DNA of 64,000 nt from Paraspadella gotoi (GCA_051294375.1 CM119267.1:26624872-26688871), one strand, 5' to 3'. Shown: positions 39,201-52,110, counted from the first letter of the stretch. Program-made: numbers and translations. Notes: generated from the sequence alone by a model not told the origin.

Positions 39201-41456
39201 CAATTCTCTAATTAATAAGTAACAACGAAAAAAGAAAAAAGGATTACTTCAATGAATCTTTTAATAAATTCATAACTTTTTGTTCCTTGTGTTTTGTAGA
39301 TTTAGTAGAAAAACAAAACTTCTTGTTAAAACATTATTTTAATTATTTTTTTAAAAAATTATTGTATATTAAAGAAAAGATTATTTTATTTATAACAAAA
39401 TATTTGATATATAGAGTTAAACCAAACTATTACTCTTATCCGTACAAAATTTATATTCAGATATCATTTTTTTAAATTATTTTTTAAATTAAAATTATAC
39501 TTATATTTTGAATATAGATATAATTATATTTATATTAGTATAAGTAATAACATTTTTTTATAGTAATATCCGAATATTATTTAAATGATTTATCTTATAA
39601 CAATTATATTTTGTGATTAAATATTAAAATTAATGCTGTTGAATCATAGAAGTTTTTGGGGGTTTTCAGTTTTGTAAAAAAACATATTAAATTAATTGAT
39701 TAACTTTAAGCTGTGGTAAGTCTCCTCAATGCATTTAAAGATATCAAATATTTTGCATTACCATTAATTAAAATAGGTGATCTTAAAAAAATAATAAATT
39801 ATAATTTATAAAATATTAAAAAAATTTTAAACATTTTAGCTCTTCAACACCCTTGGCTTAAGCTAAAAACTAATATTTTTTTAGATGAATGGTTTTAAAA
39901 ACAGTTTAAATAGGATAAATTAAAATCATTATCAGAATAATTATAACTTGATTAAAGATTATTATATTAAAAAATTAACTAAAAAAGCTAAAAATACAAA
40001 AATGGTGAATTTCCATATTTTGAGAGTCTGTCAACACCCCTGGCTCGGGCGGAAAAAGTTTTTTTTTTAAATAAAACTTTTTGAGTTAAAAAGAGCTTTG
40101 GAAAAAACGGAACAGAATGACACCGAGACTGGTTATCTAATTAGAAACTTTGTCGGATTCAAATGTGTGTCTATGGTTAGGGTTGACGTTAAGTTCATTT
40201 TAGGGTTAATATTAATGTCAATTTTTAAGGTTAGGGGTAGATTGGAATGAAATTTGTGTGTGAGTAGTGGAAAAAGGTGTGATTGAGCTGGATATAAAGT
40301 TATAGATATAAAATTACAAGATTTGTCCGAATGGAAATGATTTGAAATGGAAAAAAACAAAACCCTGTTTCACTATTTGATTATACTTTTTCTTTTTATC
40401 TTAAATATAATTGCAAGTTGCATTAATCACTCAATTAATAAATCAATGAATTTATCAATCAATCGTCTTCGGTGTTATTGTCGTCGTCGTCGTCGCCATC
40501 ATCGTCATTATTGCTTGTCGTGGTCAGTGATTTGACGAAAAGACCTTAAAAATTTTTTTTCTCAAAAAGATCTGAAAAGATAATTAATTAAATAATGAAT
40601 TAGTTAATAAATATTAAATAAATTAGTTTATTAATTAATTAATAATTAATTACCGCTAATGATCGTGGGCAGATCCGGCGTTGTTTGCTCAAACTTGTTT
40701 TATTCATTCTTTTGTCCCAATTTTTTTTCAGGAGCCATTCTCATCTCGGCTTTGAAGAACGGAACTGGGGTTTGTCTAACGTGGAGCGCGTAGATGTTCA
40801 TCAAGCGGATGTTTGCGCGTTAATGGCGGCGCTGATCGGAATTCCTTTTCCGGTCAACTCGCAGGGGATCGTTCCTCTTGAATTCCTAAATGCAAACGGT
40901 GAGGAAATCGAGGAAATCGCTTCTTCCTTCTACAACTACAAATTCTCTTAAAGGTTAAAGAAATAAGTCAAATGAATGAATTAACAAATTAATTCTTCTT
41001 TCAGACGAGACAAAAGCAAAGATCCTCCACAGCAACGCTCGACAAATTGCGATGCAGTTCTCTGCCAAAATGGCGGCCAAGCGCCGATCCGCTTTTCGCC
41101 TTTTCTTCAAAGAGTTCAAACCTTTGGCGGGAAGTCACGCGACCGAGATGTTGTCCGAGGGCCAAAGGCTCATATTTCAGGGAAGGTTAGTTCACGTCCA
41201 GGTTAATCGGCCCATCAGTCCTTTCATGTCTTGTCCCTGCTGTTCGCCAGATTCCTTGAGTCTATCTCCATGTCTCACCAACTTGTCTACTTCGCCCTCG
41301 AAGGGCTTCGCTACTACCACACCTACGACCGCGTCTTTCTCGGCCTTTCAGTCGCTTTGGGTTTCCTCGGCTGGAGCGCCTATGTCATCGTCCTGCTCTT
41401 GCGGCGCCACTCGGGCCTGGTCCCCTCCGCGTCGGAGATCGTCTTCTCTGAAAATG
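24349..41456 (+). CDS. PIGN: GPI ethanolamine phosphate transferase 1 (PIGN/MCD4), first 8 exons (about 485 aa); the gene continues beyond the window
   Basis: Exons 24349-24475, 24539-24733, 24822-24962, 25047-25247, 25392-25629, 40732-40898, 41005-41185, 41251-41456 join in frame. Diagnostic motifs: [117 protein letters not shown]. An in-frame ATG also lies at 24310. Confidence 0.95.
25978..26912 (+). mobile_element. HINE family 3 element (spans a 10-N gap)
   Basis: 5' atcgtcg(c/a)aatcg palindrome, (gtc)n, 3' gcgattgcgacgat. The same 3' end plus cttatgcttttaag hairpin recurs at ~4836, 23553, 46943, 47406; the 5' end recurs at 42110. Confidence 0.7.
30318..31200 (-). mobile_element. HINE family 1 copy
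   Basis: Reverse-complement ends aacaagttagagcaaacaatgtcggatctgcc ... gcagatctgactaa; contains a clipped hammerhead tail at about 30800-30875. Confidence 0.8.
31410..31601 (+). mobile_element. tRNA-derived SINE-like element, second copy
   Basis: Matches the reverse complement of 17832-18030. Confidence 0.65.
32086..32122 (-). ncRNA. Minimal type I hammerhead ribozyme
   Basis: Reverse complement reads ca CTGATGA A GGCTCT aaaagaa AGAGCC GAAA CATGTC tg. Confidence 0.8.
33284..33320 (+). ncRNA. Minimal type I hammerhead ribozyme (sense to PIGN intron 5)
   Basis: ca CTGATGA A GGCTCT aagagaa AGAGCC GAAA CATGTC tg. Confidence 0.8.
36797..37900. mobile_element. TTAA-flanked non-autonomous DNA transposon (GG...CC ends, Kolobok-like)
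   Basis: ttaa-ggccagggatcactcaa ... ttgagtgatcccggacc-ttaa; related ends at 55273-55930. Confidence 0.7.
38370..40175. repeat. Long dispersed repeat, inverted relative to 44198-45570
   Basis: Collinear reverse-complement match (e.g. ttgtcggattcaaatgtgt / acacatttgaatccgacaa; gggatgctaggatagaaatg / catttctatcctagcatccc); interrupted by the Penelope-like insertion at 38748-39235. Confidence 0.8.
38748..39235. mobile_element. Hammerhead-bearing Penelope-like insertion G
   Basis: Minus-strand 3' end with a degenerate hammerhead at 38808-38846, plus a short plus-strand piece starting at gaaacatgtc (39151) with the caacgaaa tail. Confidence 0.7.
40732..41456 (+). CDS. PIGN: PIGN exons 6-8
   Basis: Exons 40732-40898, 41005-41185, 41251-41456 (introns 106 and 65 nt); [43 protein letters not shown]. 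The last donor (41457) is the best guess. Confidence 0.92.
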
Positions 41457-43419
41457 GTAAACCTGGAGATGGGTGTGACGGGGATGGGCGGAAGGCAAAG
41501 TCTAATCTAAGAGCTTCAAAAGCATCAAAAACTATTGGCATGAAAATATACCTTTTATAATCTGATTCATTTATTTAAATAATTTATAGTTTAATTTAGA
41601 TACTCTTTTACAAAAATAATTTGCTAATCAATTAACTTGATTAGCAAATTAGTACAGTACCGGAAACCTAGAATGTCGTAAATTATAAACATTGAGTTGA
41701 ACTTTCTTTTCATTGCATTTTTTGATTTAGAGAGAAATTTCTTTAGTCGGATCTGCTTTCAGCAGATCCCGACTCTATAATTCACTTTGTCGGTCCGTCC
41801 CCTCAATCTTTTCGGGCATTCCCTTAAATCATGTCAGAACATCGAATTATGATAAATTATGCAAAAAAATGTCCGTTCGTCCATCCGTCTGTCCGTCCCA
41901 CCTTAGCAAAATGCTCCAATAACTCGTGATTGGGTGGTTGGACTGGAATGAAATTTTTTGTGTGGGTAGGAAAGAGTGAGATGAAGCTGGATATAAAGTT
42001 TCGGTGGAAACGTGCAAGTGGAAATGAGTTTAAATGAAAAAAATGAGTCACATTTACTTAAATCTTTTTACTTATTTTAACCCATAATTACTCGAATTAA
42101 TCATAATTATCGTCGCAATCGCTTTGCGTTTGCAACGATATTGCTTTGGTTTTGCTCATAAGTGGCGTCGTCGTCGTTGTCGTTGTGGTCGTTAGCGTTC
42201 CAAATTATAGATCGCCTTTTTAGTCGGATCTGCTTATTAGCAGATCCCGACTCTATAACTCACTTTGTCGGTCCGTCGGTCCGCCCCCTCAATATTGTCG
42301 GGCACACATTTATATCATGTCAGGACATCGAATTATGATAAATTATGCAAAAAAAATGATGTCTGTCTGTCTGTCTGTGTCTGTCTGTCCGTCCGTCCGT
42401 CCGTCCCACCTTTACTCCAGGAGAAATAAAAATGTAGGCTTCAGTTTTGGACAAGGCATGCCGGTTGGTTTACTTACAGGTAAGACCCCAAATTAGGATA
42501 TTTTAGGGGGATTTCATTTCTAACTCACTCGTGACGGCTGATTTGAGGTACTTACCCAAAATAGGAAAAAACCGACCTCTCGTAAAATTATAGAACTTTT
42601 TAAGCGTAACATATGCTTTATAATCGCTTGTTACAATTTTCTCAAAAAATTAGGTTCACTATTTGAAAGCTGTAGAATATCTTCAAATTAATCTGTACTG
42701 ATTATATTTTATTTTTTGGTTGGTTAGATGGTCGGTCAGTCTATATTATAGCTTATATTCTTTTATTTATATAATAGAGATGTAATCAGGTAACATTAGT
42801 AACAACCATCACAAAGTATTTATACAAAATGATACTTTTATCTATAATATATCTTTAATCTGACTAATAATTTTTAAAATTAAAATATTTCAATCTAATA
42901 TTATTATTTTTAATAAACAAAATAATAATATTACCATAACTAAAACCAAAAATAATTAAAGATAATAAAATTATATATATTCAAAATCAAAGCACCCTAA
43001 TCCAATGCTGCTACATTTAATCATTGAAACAATAAAATATCTCCAATCAACTCAAATCAATTATTTAAAAACATTACCGAAAAAACAATAATAATAAAAT
43101 ACTTAACTAATAAATAAATATTATTCCGCATCCCAATCTGATTCCTCACTCTCCTCTCTTTATTCTTTTCAACACGTGTTCCCCCAACTTCACCATCTCT
43201 TGGTGTGCGTTCCATTCGCGCACCTCCAAATTACTTGCTCCTACCAGGGTGAGGAATTTGCTATAGACTGGAAGCGAAGTTTCTAGATCCCCTGCCCATT
43301 TTGAATGAAGATGTGGTGATATTTTTTGCATCAATTGCAACCCCCCAAATACGAAGTCCGGATTGGTTATGTCCATCGCTCTCTAATCAAAATTAATTAT
43401 TCTTACAACAAATATAAAA

Positions 43420-44067
43420 ATATTTTTTTTCTTTCATCTAAAGTGATATTATATTAATTTAGGAAAGAAACAAAAATTTCGTTAGTTTAGCAACATTGTT
43501 TTATTACATAATGGACATGTTTCGACTCTTGAATTCGAGTCTTCATCAGCATTTGAAAATTCACAAACTTTTAGTTATTATCAATAACTTTGGAGAAGTG
43601 AAAAAAAGGAGAGAGAGATTTGAGAGAGAGAGAGAAAGAAAGAGAGAGTGTTTCCCTCACCTTTATCTTATCTATCCCTCACAACTTATTCTTCACTTTC
43701 AAATTTCAATTCTCAATTTTTTTACTATTTCAAATGTCCAATTTTCACAAACAATTAAATTTATTAACCTTTGTTACTTATTTTATTTTTTTCTTTTTCT
43801 TTGTTGTACATTGTCTCCCTCTCTCTCTCTCTTTTCACCAAATCTTAAATTTGCTTACTCTTCTTCTTTTCCTTCACTTTCACCTGTCCTCAATTCTGAC
43901 CGACTATCCTTTACCTAATTCATTTCTTCATTTCTTTCTGTCACTCAAATCTCTTTCTCCTTTTTACTCTCTCTCTCTCTTCAAAGTTATTGATAATAAC
44001 TAAAAGTTTGTAAATTTTCAAATGCTGATGAAGACTCGAAGAGTCAAAACACGTCCATTCTGTAATA
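43420..44067. mobile_element. Hammerhead-capped Penelope-like insertion E (right end lost in gap)
   Basis: Short inverted left arm with intact hammerhead 43514-43549(-); plus-strand copy ~43650-44067 with hammerhead 44025-44055 (GAAA changed to AAAA). Confidence 0.85.
43514..43549 (-). ncRNA. Minimal type I hammerhead ribozyme
   Basis: Reverse complement reads tg CTGATGA A GACTC gaattcaa GAGTC GAAA CATGTC ca. Confidence 0.8.
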
Positions 44068-44167
44068 NNNNNNNNNNNNNNNNNNNNNNNNNNNNNNNNN
44101 NNNNNNNNNNNNNNNNNNNNNNNNNNNNNNNNNNNNNNNNNNNNNNNNNNNNNNNNNNNNNNNNNNN
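44068..44167. other. Assembly gap (100 N); a 10-N gap is at 26703-26712
   Basis: N runs in the sequence. Confidence 0.99.
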
Positions 44168-44197
44168 GATCTGGAGTATCTCCACGTGGTGTGAAGA

Positions 44198-46287
44198 GTA
44201 GACACATTTGAATCCGACAAAGTTTTAATTAGATAACCAGTCTGGGTGTCATTCTGTTCGTTTTTCCAAGCTCTTTTTAACTAAAAAAGTTTTATTTAAA
44301 AAAAAAACTTTTTCGCCCGAGCCAAGGGGTGTTAAAGAGTCAAAATATGGAAAATCACCATTTTTTAGTATTTTTTAGCTTTTTCTAGTTAATTTTTTTA
44401 ATATAATAATCTTTAATCAAGTTAATTACTTCTGATAATGATTTTAATTTATCTTATTTAACTGTTTTTAAAACCATTCATTAAAAAAATATTAGTTTTT
44501 AGCTTAAGCCAAGGGTGTTAAAGAGCTAAAATGTTTAAAATTTTTCTTTAATATTTATAAATTATAATTTATTATTTTTTTAAAGATAACCTATTTTAAT
44601 TATGGTAATGAAAATATTTGATATCTTTAAATTCATTGAGGCGATTTACCACAGCTTTAAGTTAATCAATTAATCTAATAATGTTTATTAAAACTGAAAA
44701 CCCCAAAAACTTCTATGATCCAAAGCAATTAATTTTAATTTTTAATCACAAAATATAATTGTTATAAGATAAAATTATTTAAATAATATTCGGATATTAC
44801 TATAAAAAAAGTTTAATTTATACTATATAAATATAATTATATTTATATTATAAATATAAATATAATTTTATTTAAAAAATGATATCTGAATAAAAATTTT
44901 GTACAAAAAAGTAATAGTTTGGTTTAACTCTATATACAAATATTTTGTTATTAAATAAAATAAATTTTCTTTAATATACAATAATTTTTAAAAAAAGAAT
45001 TAATTGTTTTTTACTTTTTTCATTAAATAATTGTTTAACAAAAAGTTTTGTTTTTCTCACTAAATCTAAAAACACAAGGAAAAGAAAGTTATGATTTATA
45101 AAAGATTCATTAAAAATAACTACCTCTTATAGTCCGATTCATATATTTAAATTTATAAATTCATTTAGATATTATTTTACTATATAATAATATTGTTAAT
45201 TAATTTACTTGATTAGTAAATTATTAACAAGTTTAAATTATATTATACATTATACATTGTATTGAACTTGTTTATTGCATTTTTAGATTTAAAAAAAAAT
45301 TTTATGTTAACAAAAAAATTTAATAAATTTGTTAACAATTTTATTTTTATCGTTGTTAACAATTTCATTAAATTTTCTTTGTAGTCTCTAAACGACAAAA
45401 AAGAAATAAATGAATATGTTAACAAATATTTTTTTAATAAAAAAAAGTTTTTCTAAAGTCTAAATTAAAATTTTTAATTAAAATATAAATCATTTCTATC
45501 CTAGCATCCCACGTAAGTCCCTCCCCTAGCCCTAACCTCCGCTTTGCGTCCAAGGCCAAGCATGAACCTTAACCTAATTTTGCTAAAATTGCCATAACGA
45601 GAACATTAGTTTCAGTTCATTAACAAAATTATTATTTTCTATGCGATATCGCATAAAATCTGGATAGTGGATATCATTTGAATAATTATATCTTTGTTGT
45701 AACAATTTCATTATATGATTAAAAAATTTTATGAATTGCTTTGTTTTTAAAATGAATCTTTAAAAAAAAAATTTTTAGAAATAGGTCACAATAGTTTTTA
45801 ATGCTTTTAATTATAAAAAAAGTAATTAACTATATTAATTAACTTAAAAACCATTTAAAATTTTCAAATATTTTTATTATCATGATTAAAATATGTAATC
45901 CTTAAAAAAATAATAAATTATTATTTAAAAATATTAAAAAAAACAATTTAGAAATTTTAGCTCTTTAACACCCCCTGGCTTAAGCCCTAAACCAATATTT
46001 TTTGTGAATGAATGTTTTAAAAATAGTTAAATATGATAATTTAAAAGCATTATCATTAGTAATTAACTTGATTAATAATAATTATATTTAAAAAATTACT
46101 GAAAAAAGCTAAAAAATACTCATAAAAGGTGAAATTCCATATTTTGGCTCTTTAACACCCCTGGCTCGGGCAAAAAAGTTTTTTTTTTTTAAATAAAACT
46201 TTTTTAGTTAAAAAGAGCTTGGAAAAACGAACAGAATGACACCGAGACTGGTTGTTAATTTAAAATATTGTCGGATTCAAATGTTTA
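44198..46287. mobile_element. Long-TIR foldback-type element
   Basis: Roughly 500-bp imperfect inverted termini (acatttgaatccgacaa ... ttgtcggattcaaatgt); terminal fragment also at 63120. Confidence 0.6.
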
Positions 46288-46604
46288 TTAAATATGGCTT
46301 TTATAAAATCTTAATAATTTGAGTTTCTTATACTCTACAATGTTTGCTCCATTTTAATAGCACCTTATAAGCTGCAAAAATCGCCATTTCCGACAAAGAA
46401 GATGAGACTATACAATAAAATGGTTATCATCATCGAATTCTACAGACTTTATTACATTAAAATAGCTATGTTTCTCACTTGATTTGTTATATTTCGTTAT
46501 TTTTCAACGCCCTATTATGCGTCCTTAAAGTAAAACAAAAGTACCTTCAATAATGTTACTCCAGTCTTAGCACTTGCTAAAAATTAAACTCGAAAATAAG
46601 TTAT

Positions 46605-46642
<38 letters not shown>

Positions 46643-46699
46643 CAGAAACTGTAAATTGACAATCGCAAAATAGAATTTTTCTTTCTGTTTATAAATTAA

Positions 46700-47330
46700 T
46701 TTTCTTTTTTTCCCCTTTCTATTCTTTCTTTACTTTCTTTCCTTTCTATTCTTCCTTTCCTTTCTATTCTTTCTTTCCTTTCTATTCTTTCTTTTCTTTA
46801 TATTTTTTTTCTATTCTTTCTTTCCTTTCTTTCCTTTCTATTATTTATTCTTTTCTTCTTTTTCTTTCTGTTTATAAATTATTTTTTTTTTCAAATTTGA
46901 TTTTTTTTAGTATCAAAATTTGTCAATTTAGATTTTTCTTATGCTATTGCGACGATCCTTATGCTTTTAAGATGTTTCCTCTCTATTCTTTCTTTCCTTT
47001 CTATTCTTTCTTTCTTTTCTATTCTTTCTTTCCTTTCAATTCTTTCTTTCCTTTCAATTCTTTCTTTCCTTTCAATTCTTTTTTTCCTTTCAATTCTTTC
47101 TTTTCTTTCTATTCTTTTTTCCTTTCTATACTTTTTTTCCTTTCTATTCTTTCTTTCCTTTTTATTCTTTCTTTCTTTTCTATTCTTTCCTTTCTATTCT
47201 TTCTTTCCTTTCTATTCTTTCTTTTCTTTCTATTCTTTCTTTTCTTTCTATTCTTTCTTTTCTTTTAATTCTTTTTCTTTCCTTTCTATTCTTTCATTAT
47301 ATTTATTCTTTTCTTCTTTTTCTTTCTGTT
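46700..47330. repeat. 18-bp pyrimidine-rich minisatellite (tttctattctttctttcc) within HINE family 3 3' regions
   Basis: Directly visible tandem array in two blocks. Confidence 0.85.
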
Positions 47331-47629
47331 TATAAATTAATTTTATTTTTTCAAATTTGATTTTTTTTAGTATCAAAATTTGTAGTCAATCCTGATTTTT
47401 CTTATACGATTGCGACGATCCTCATGCTTTTAAGATTTTTGCATTAATTATATTAAAGCATGAAAATTTTGTGTGCGGGTAGGAAAGTGTGTGAAAAAGC
47501 TAGATATAAAGTTTTGACGGAATCGTGCCAGTGAAAATGAGTTTAAATGGAAAAAATATAAGTCACATTTACTTGAATCTTTATTATTTATGATTACTAA
47601 TAAATGTATTTAATTAATTAATTAATTAA

Positions 47630-48345
47630 TGTGAAAAAATGATGCAAGTTGGAAAAAATGATGACAAGTTTGAAAAAATGATGGCAAGTTGAAAAATGAT
47701 GCAAGTTGTGAAAAAAATGTGCAAGTTGGTGAAAAATGACAATGCTTGAAAAATGATGCAAGTTGAAAAAATGATGCAAGTTGAAAAAATGATGCAAGTT
47801 GAAAAAATGATGCAAGCATTGAAAAAATGAATGCAAGTTGAAAAGAATGATGCAAAATTATGCAGTTGAAAAATGATTGCAAAAAAATGACTGGCAAAGG
47901 AAAAATGATGCAAGTTGAAAAAATGATGCAAGTTGAAAAAATGATGCCAAGCGTTGAAAAAATGATGCGACAGTTTTGACAAAAAAATTGATGCAAGTTG
48001 AAAAAATGACATGCAAGTTGAAAAAATTGATGCAAGTTGAAAAAATTTGATGCAAGTTGAAAAAATGATGCAAGTTGAAAAAATGATGCAAGTTGAAAAA
48101 TGATGCAATTGAAAAATGATGCAGTGAAAAAAATGATGCAAGTTGAAAAAAATGATGCAAGTTTGAAAAAATGATCAAGTAAAAAAATGCAAGTTGAAAA
48201 AAATGATGCAAGTGAAAAATGATGCAGTTGGAAAAAATGATGCAAGTTGAAAAAATGATGCAAGTTGAAAAAATGATGCAAGTTGAAAAAAATGCATGCA
48301 AAGTTACAAAAATGATGCGAATTGTAAAAATGATGCGAGTGGAAA
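47630..48345 (+). repeat. 18-19 bp tandem array (aaaaaatgatgcaagttg) inside a HINE family 1 3' half
   Basis: Several dozen units followed by the HINE1 3' end gcagatccgacattgtttgctcaaacttgtt at about 48408-48438. Confidence 0.9.
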
Positions 48346-49619
48346 AAAATTTTAAAAAATATTGTGATTTATAATCTGTTTAGCTGATTACCGCTTACTT
48401 ATCGTAGGCAGATCCGACATTGTTTGCTCAAACTTGTTTGTTAACAAGCAACAATTTAAAAAAAAAAAAAGAAACTTTTTATCTCTAAGTCTAAATTAAA
48501 AATTTTTAATTAAAATTTCTACAATGATATCCCGATATCCTAACATCCCACGTAAGCCTCTCCCCTAGCCCTAACCCTAACCCGCGCCTCACGTCTAATA
48601 CCAAGCCTTAACCTTGAAGCTATCATCGCCCATGAGACTTTCCTCGTCCTTACCTTGAGCCTCTCAAGCTGAGTATAACTAAAACGACCTTGCTGATCGT
48701 AATGCTAACTTCTATTTATTCAAATCGAATTACAACTACCTTAAACGTTAAAACTAAACATTAACCCTAAACCTAATTTTATTAAAATTGTTATAACTAG
48801 AACATGAGTTTCAATTCATTAACAAAATTGCCATTTTCTATGCGAGTTAGCCACATATCGCTATGGCAAAATCGCCACAATTTACTAAATAAAGCCGTTT
48901 TCAGTTGCGCCCCCAGTACTCGCGGAGCAACTCTTTTAAGTCACTTTTCGGTCTGTCGGTATGTCTGTCCGTTGGTCTGTCCCACTTACGTTAAAAACAT
49001 TTATAATTTGCCTTTAGTTTGTTGCTCATTTGTTAAAAATCAAATCTAAGCGACTACTAGCGCCGCCTTTTGTTTTTAGTCGGATTTGTATATCAGCAGT
49101 TTCCGACTCTATATTCTATAATTCACTTTGTCAGTCCGTCGGTCCCACCCCTAAATCTTGCGCGGTAAATAATTTTTATCACTTTAGAACATGCAATTAT
49201 CGCTAAAATTATAGCAAAAAAACGATGTCCGTCTGTCTCTGTCTGTCTGAAGACGCGTCGCCACCTTTTCATTAAACTCCAATTACTCGTGATTGGATTG
49301 GATGGATTGGGAAAGTGTATGATTGAGCTGGATATAAAGTTTCGAGGAATCGTGCGAGTGGAAATGAGTTTAAATGGAAGAGAACGTAAGTCACTTTTAT
49401 TTGAATCTTTTTACTAATTTTAATCCATAATTACTCGAATAAATCATAATTGGATGGATAGATTGAGATTAATTTTGTGTGGTGGGGAGGAAAGTGTGTG
49501 ATTGAGCTTGGTATAAAGTTTTGATGGAATCGTGCGAGTGGAACGAGTTTAAATGGAAAGAACGTAAGTCACTTTTATTTAATCTTTTTAATATTTAATC
49601 CATAATTAATCGTATAATC

Positions 49620-49990
49620 TAGAGAAAACAAAGTTTTATTAGTTTCAACGAATTTGTTTTTAGAAACACGACATGTTTCGGCTTTGGTTTTCAAGCCTTC
49701 TTCAGTGTTTTGTGAATTAGACAAAATATGTGCAAAAAGAGAAGTGAGAGAGTGGTGAGAACAGAATAGTGGTCAGAGGTGAGGACAGGTAAGTTGAACA
49801 CAGATTGAGTGAGTTTTTGAAAAGAATGAAAATTTGTTAGAGAGAAAGAGAAGAGAGAGAGAGATAGACTTAACAGGATAAATAAATAATTAAAAATATA
49901 CATTGTTGCAATGTACAACAGTAAATAAATGTTAAAAAAAAAAAAAAAAAAAAAAACTGGAAAAAGATTAGTGAGAATTTTTAACAATTG
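49620..49990 (-). mobile_element. Solo 3' end of the hammerhead-bearing Penelope-like family (H)
   Basis: Intact hammerhead 49670-49705(-): CTGAAGA AGGCTT...AAGCC GAAA CATGTC; family motifs gtgaggacagg and aatgtacaac. Confidence 0.8.
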
Positions 49991-50032
49991 CAAAACGAGT
50001 GAATAAATAATTCAATATGTGTCTAATAGCTA

Positions 50033-52110
50033 CAGTATCGTTTTGAAGAACCTGGAAAAGTCCAGGGAGGCTGTAACTTTTTTGTAAATGCTGGAATCAG
50101 CTGAAAATCGAATACGGGTTAGACCTGAGGGTGGTTTATTCCCATAAGAGTTTGAGCACTTTTTATAAAAAAATAGTGAATGGGCATTTTTTGGACAAAA
50201 AATTAATTTGCATACTATAAAAAAAATATGGTAGTAAATACTCTTATATTATGGTGTGTATAACCGGGAAGGGGTTGCCTAAACAGTGGTAAAAACAAAA
50301 TGATCAATACAGCTTTGTTTAAAACTCATTTGCATATAGTAGCAATATATTTTTTTATAATATTGTATTTTCAGACTTATGATAATTTAAAAAAAATTAT
50401 TCAAATAATAGCTAACTGATACACCAATAACATACATGCATAAAAAGAATATTTGTTATTTTTTTAATCCAAAATTATTTTTCAACAAATTATAAAAATA
50501 TGCATTTTTTTTGAAACAAATGTTTTTTAAAAATAGTAATTTATGCCAACCAATGTCCTTGGTGCACTGATTACAAATATATAATTTTTTTTTAAATACG
50601 ACTACTATATTATGAAATATAACCCTTCAAAAACCTTAAAAATAACAGAAAAACACCTTAATTCAAACTTTAATAAAAACCGTTCCAATGAATATACATC
50701 TTCATACTTTAATACAAATCAAGGAGAACCATCAGTTTATTGTGTGAAAGTTATAGATAACTTCGTTAAGGAATGATGCACAGGAAGGCGAAAAATAGAT
50801 AGTATGAACTATATCAGCTTGTAATTGAATAATATACTCTTGCTTAATTAGGTGGAACAAAGTAAAAACTAAGAGTTCTGTAATATAAATAACGTTAGAG
50901 CATCTCTTGTGGGATGACGAATTGAAAAAAAAAATTAAGATTTATATATAGTAAATATAATATAGAAGCATTTAAAGTTAATCGTATTACTATAAATCAT
51001 GAAATTTTTTTTTCAAAATCAGAATTTTTAAAAGCGGATTCGGGTAGAGATTGAAAAAATAAATAAAAAATATACTACAAGATTTCAAATTTTATTGTTT
51101 TATTGCTTAATATTAACAAAAACTATAAAAATTATGGTAGGACGATGATGATGATTTTAAAGAGTTTTTCCGTTATTTGACCCCACTTATCATCAAAATA
51201 TTGAAAAACGCATTATAATTTGTGTAGAAAAACTTTTTATGGGCTAATCTGAATCGGTTTTCTTAAAAAATAAAAATTTTACTTTGTTCACCTTATTAAG
51301 CAAGAGTACATTATTCATTACAAGCTGATATAGTTCATCCATCTATTTTTCGCCTTCCTGTGCAGTCATTCCTTATCGAAGTTATCATAACTTTCCACCA
51401 ATAAACCTGATGGTTCTCTTGATATGTATTAAAGTATGAGAGATGTAATATCATTGGAACGGTTTTTATTAAAGTTTGAATTAGGGTTTTTCTGTATTTT
51501 TTAGGTTTTTGAAAGGGTTATATTTTCATAATATAGTTGTCTTTTAAAAAAAAATTATATATTTGTAATCAGTGCACCAAGGACAGTTGGTTGGCATAAT
51601 ACTATTTTTAAAAAAACATTTGTTCAAAAAATCATATTTTTATAATTTGTTGAAAATTAATTTGATTAAAAAATAACAAATATTCTATTTTATGCATTGT
51701 ATGTTATGGTTGTAATCAGTTAGCTATTATTTGAAATAATTTTTTTTTTAAATTATCATAAGACTGAAAATACAATATTATAAAAAAATATATTGCTACT
51801 ATATGCAAATGAGTTTAAACAAAGCTGTATTTGATCATTTTGTTTTACCACTGGTTTAGGCAACCCCTCCCGGTTATATCACCAATAATATAAGAGTTTT
51901 ACTACCATATTTTTTTTATAGGTATGCAAAATTATTTTTTTGTCCAAAGAAATGCCATTCACTATTTTTTTTAAAAAGTGGCTCAAACTCTTATGGGGAA
52001 TAAACCACCCTCAGGTCTAACCCGTATTCGATTTTCAGCTGATTTCCAGCATTTACAAAAAAGTTTACAGCCTCCCTGGACTTTCTCAGGTTCTTCAAAA
52101 ACCGATACTG
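50033..52110. mobile_element. Tc1/mariner-like foldback element with ~800-bp inverted arms
   Basis: TA-CAGTATCG...CGATACTG-TA; arms ~50033-50848 and ~51295-52110; centre occupied by a nested element. Confidence 0.85.
50851..51292. mobile_element. Nested short-TIR MITE
   Basis: tta-ggtggaacaaagtaaaa ... ttttactttgttcacc-tta; related copies start at ~23140 (+) and ~33925 (-). Confidence 0.7.

Noticed and set aside
47630-48345. CRISPR-like array or repetitive ORFs (FFNLHH / STCIIF)
   Set aside because: Head-to-tail 18-19 bp tandem units with no unique spacers, inside a HINE in a eukaryotic intron; the ORFs are artefacts of the repeat.
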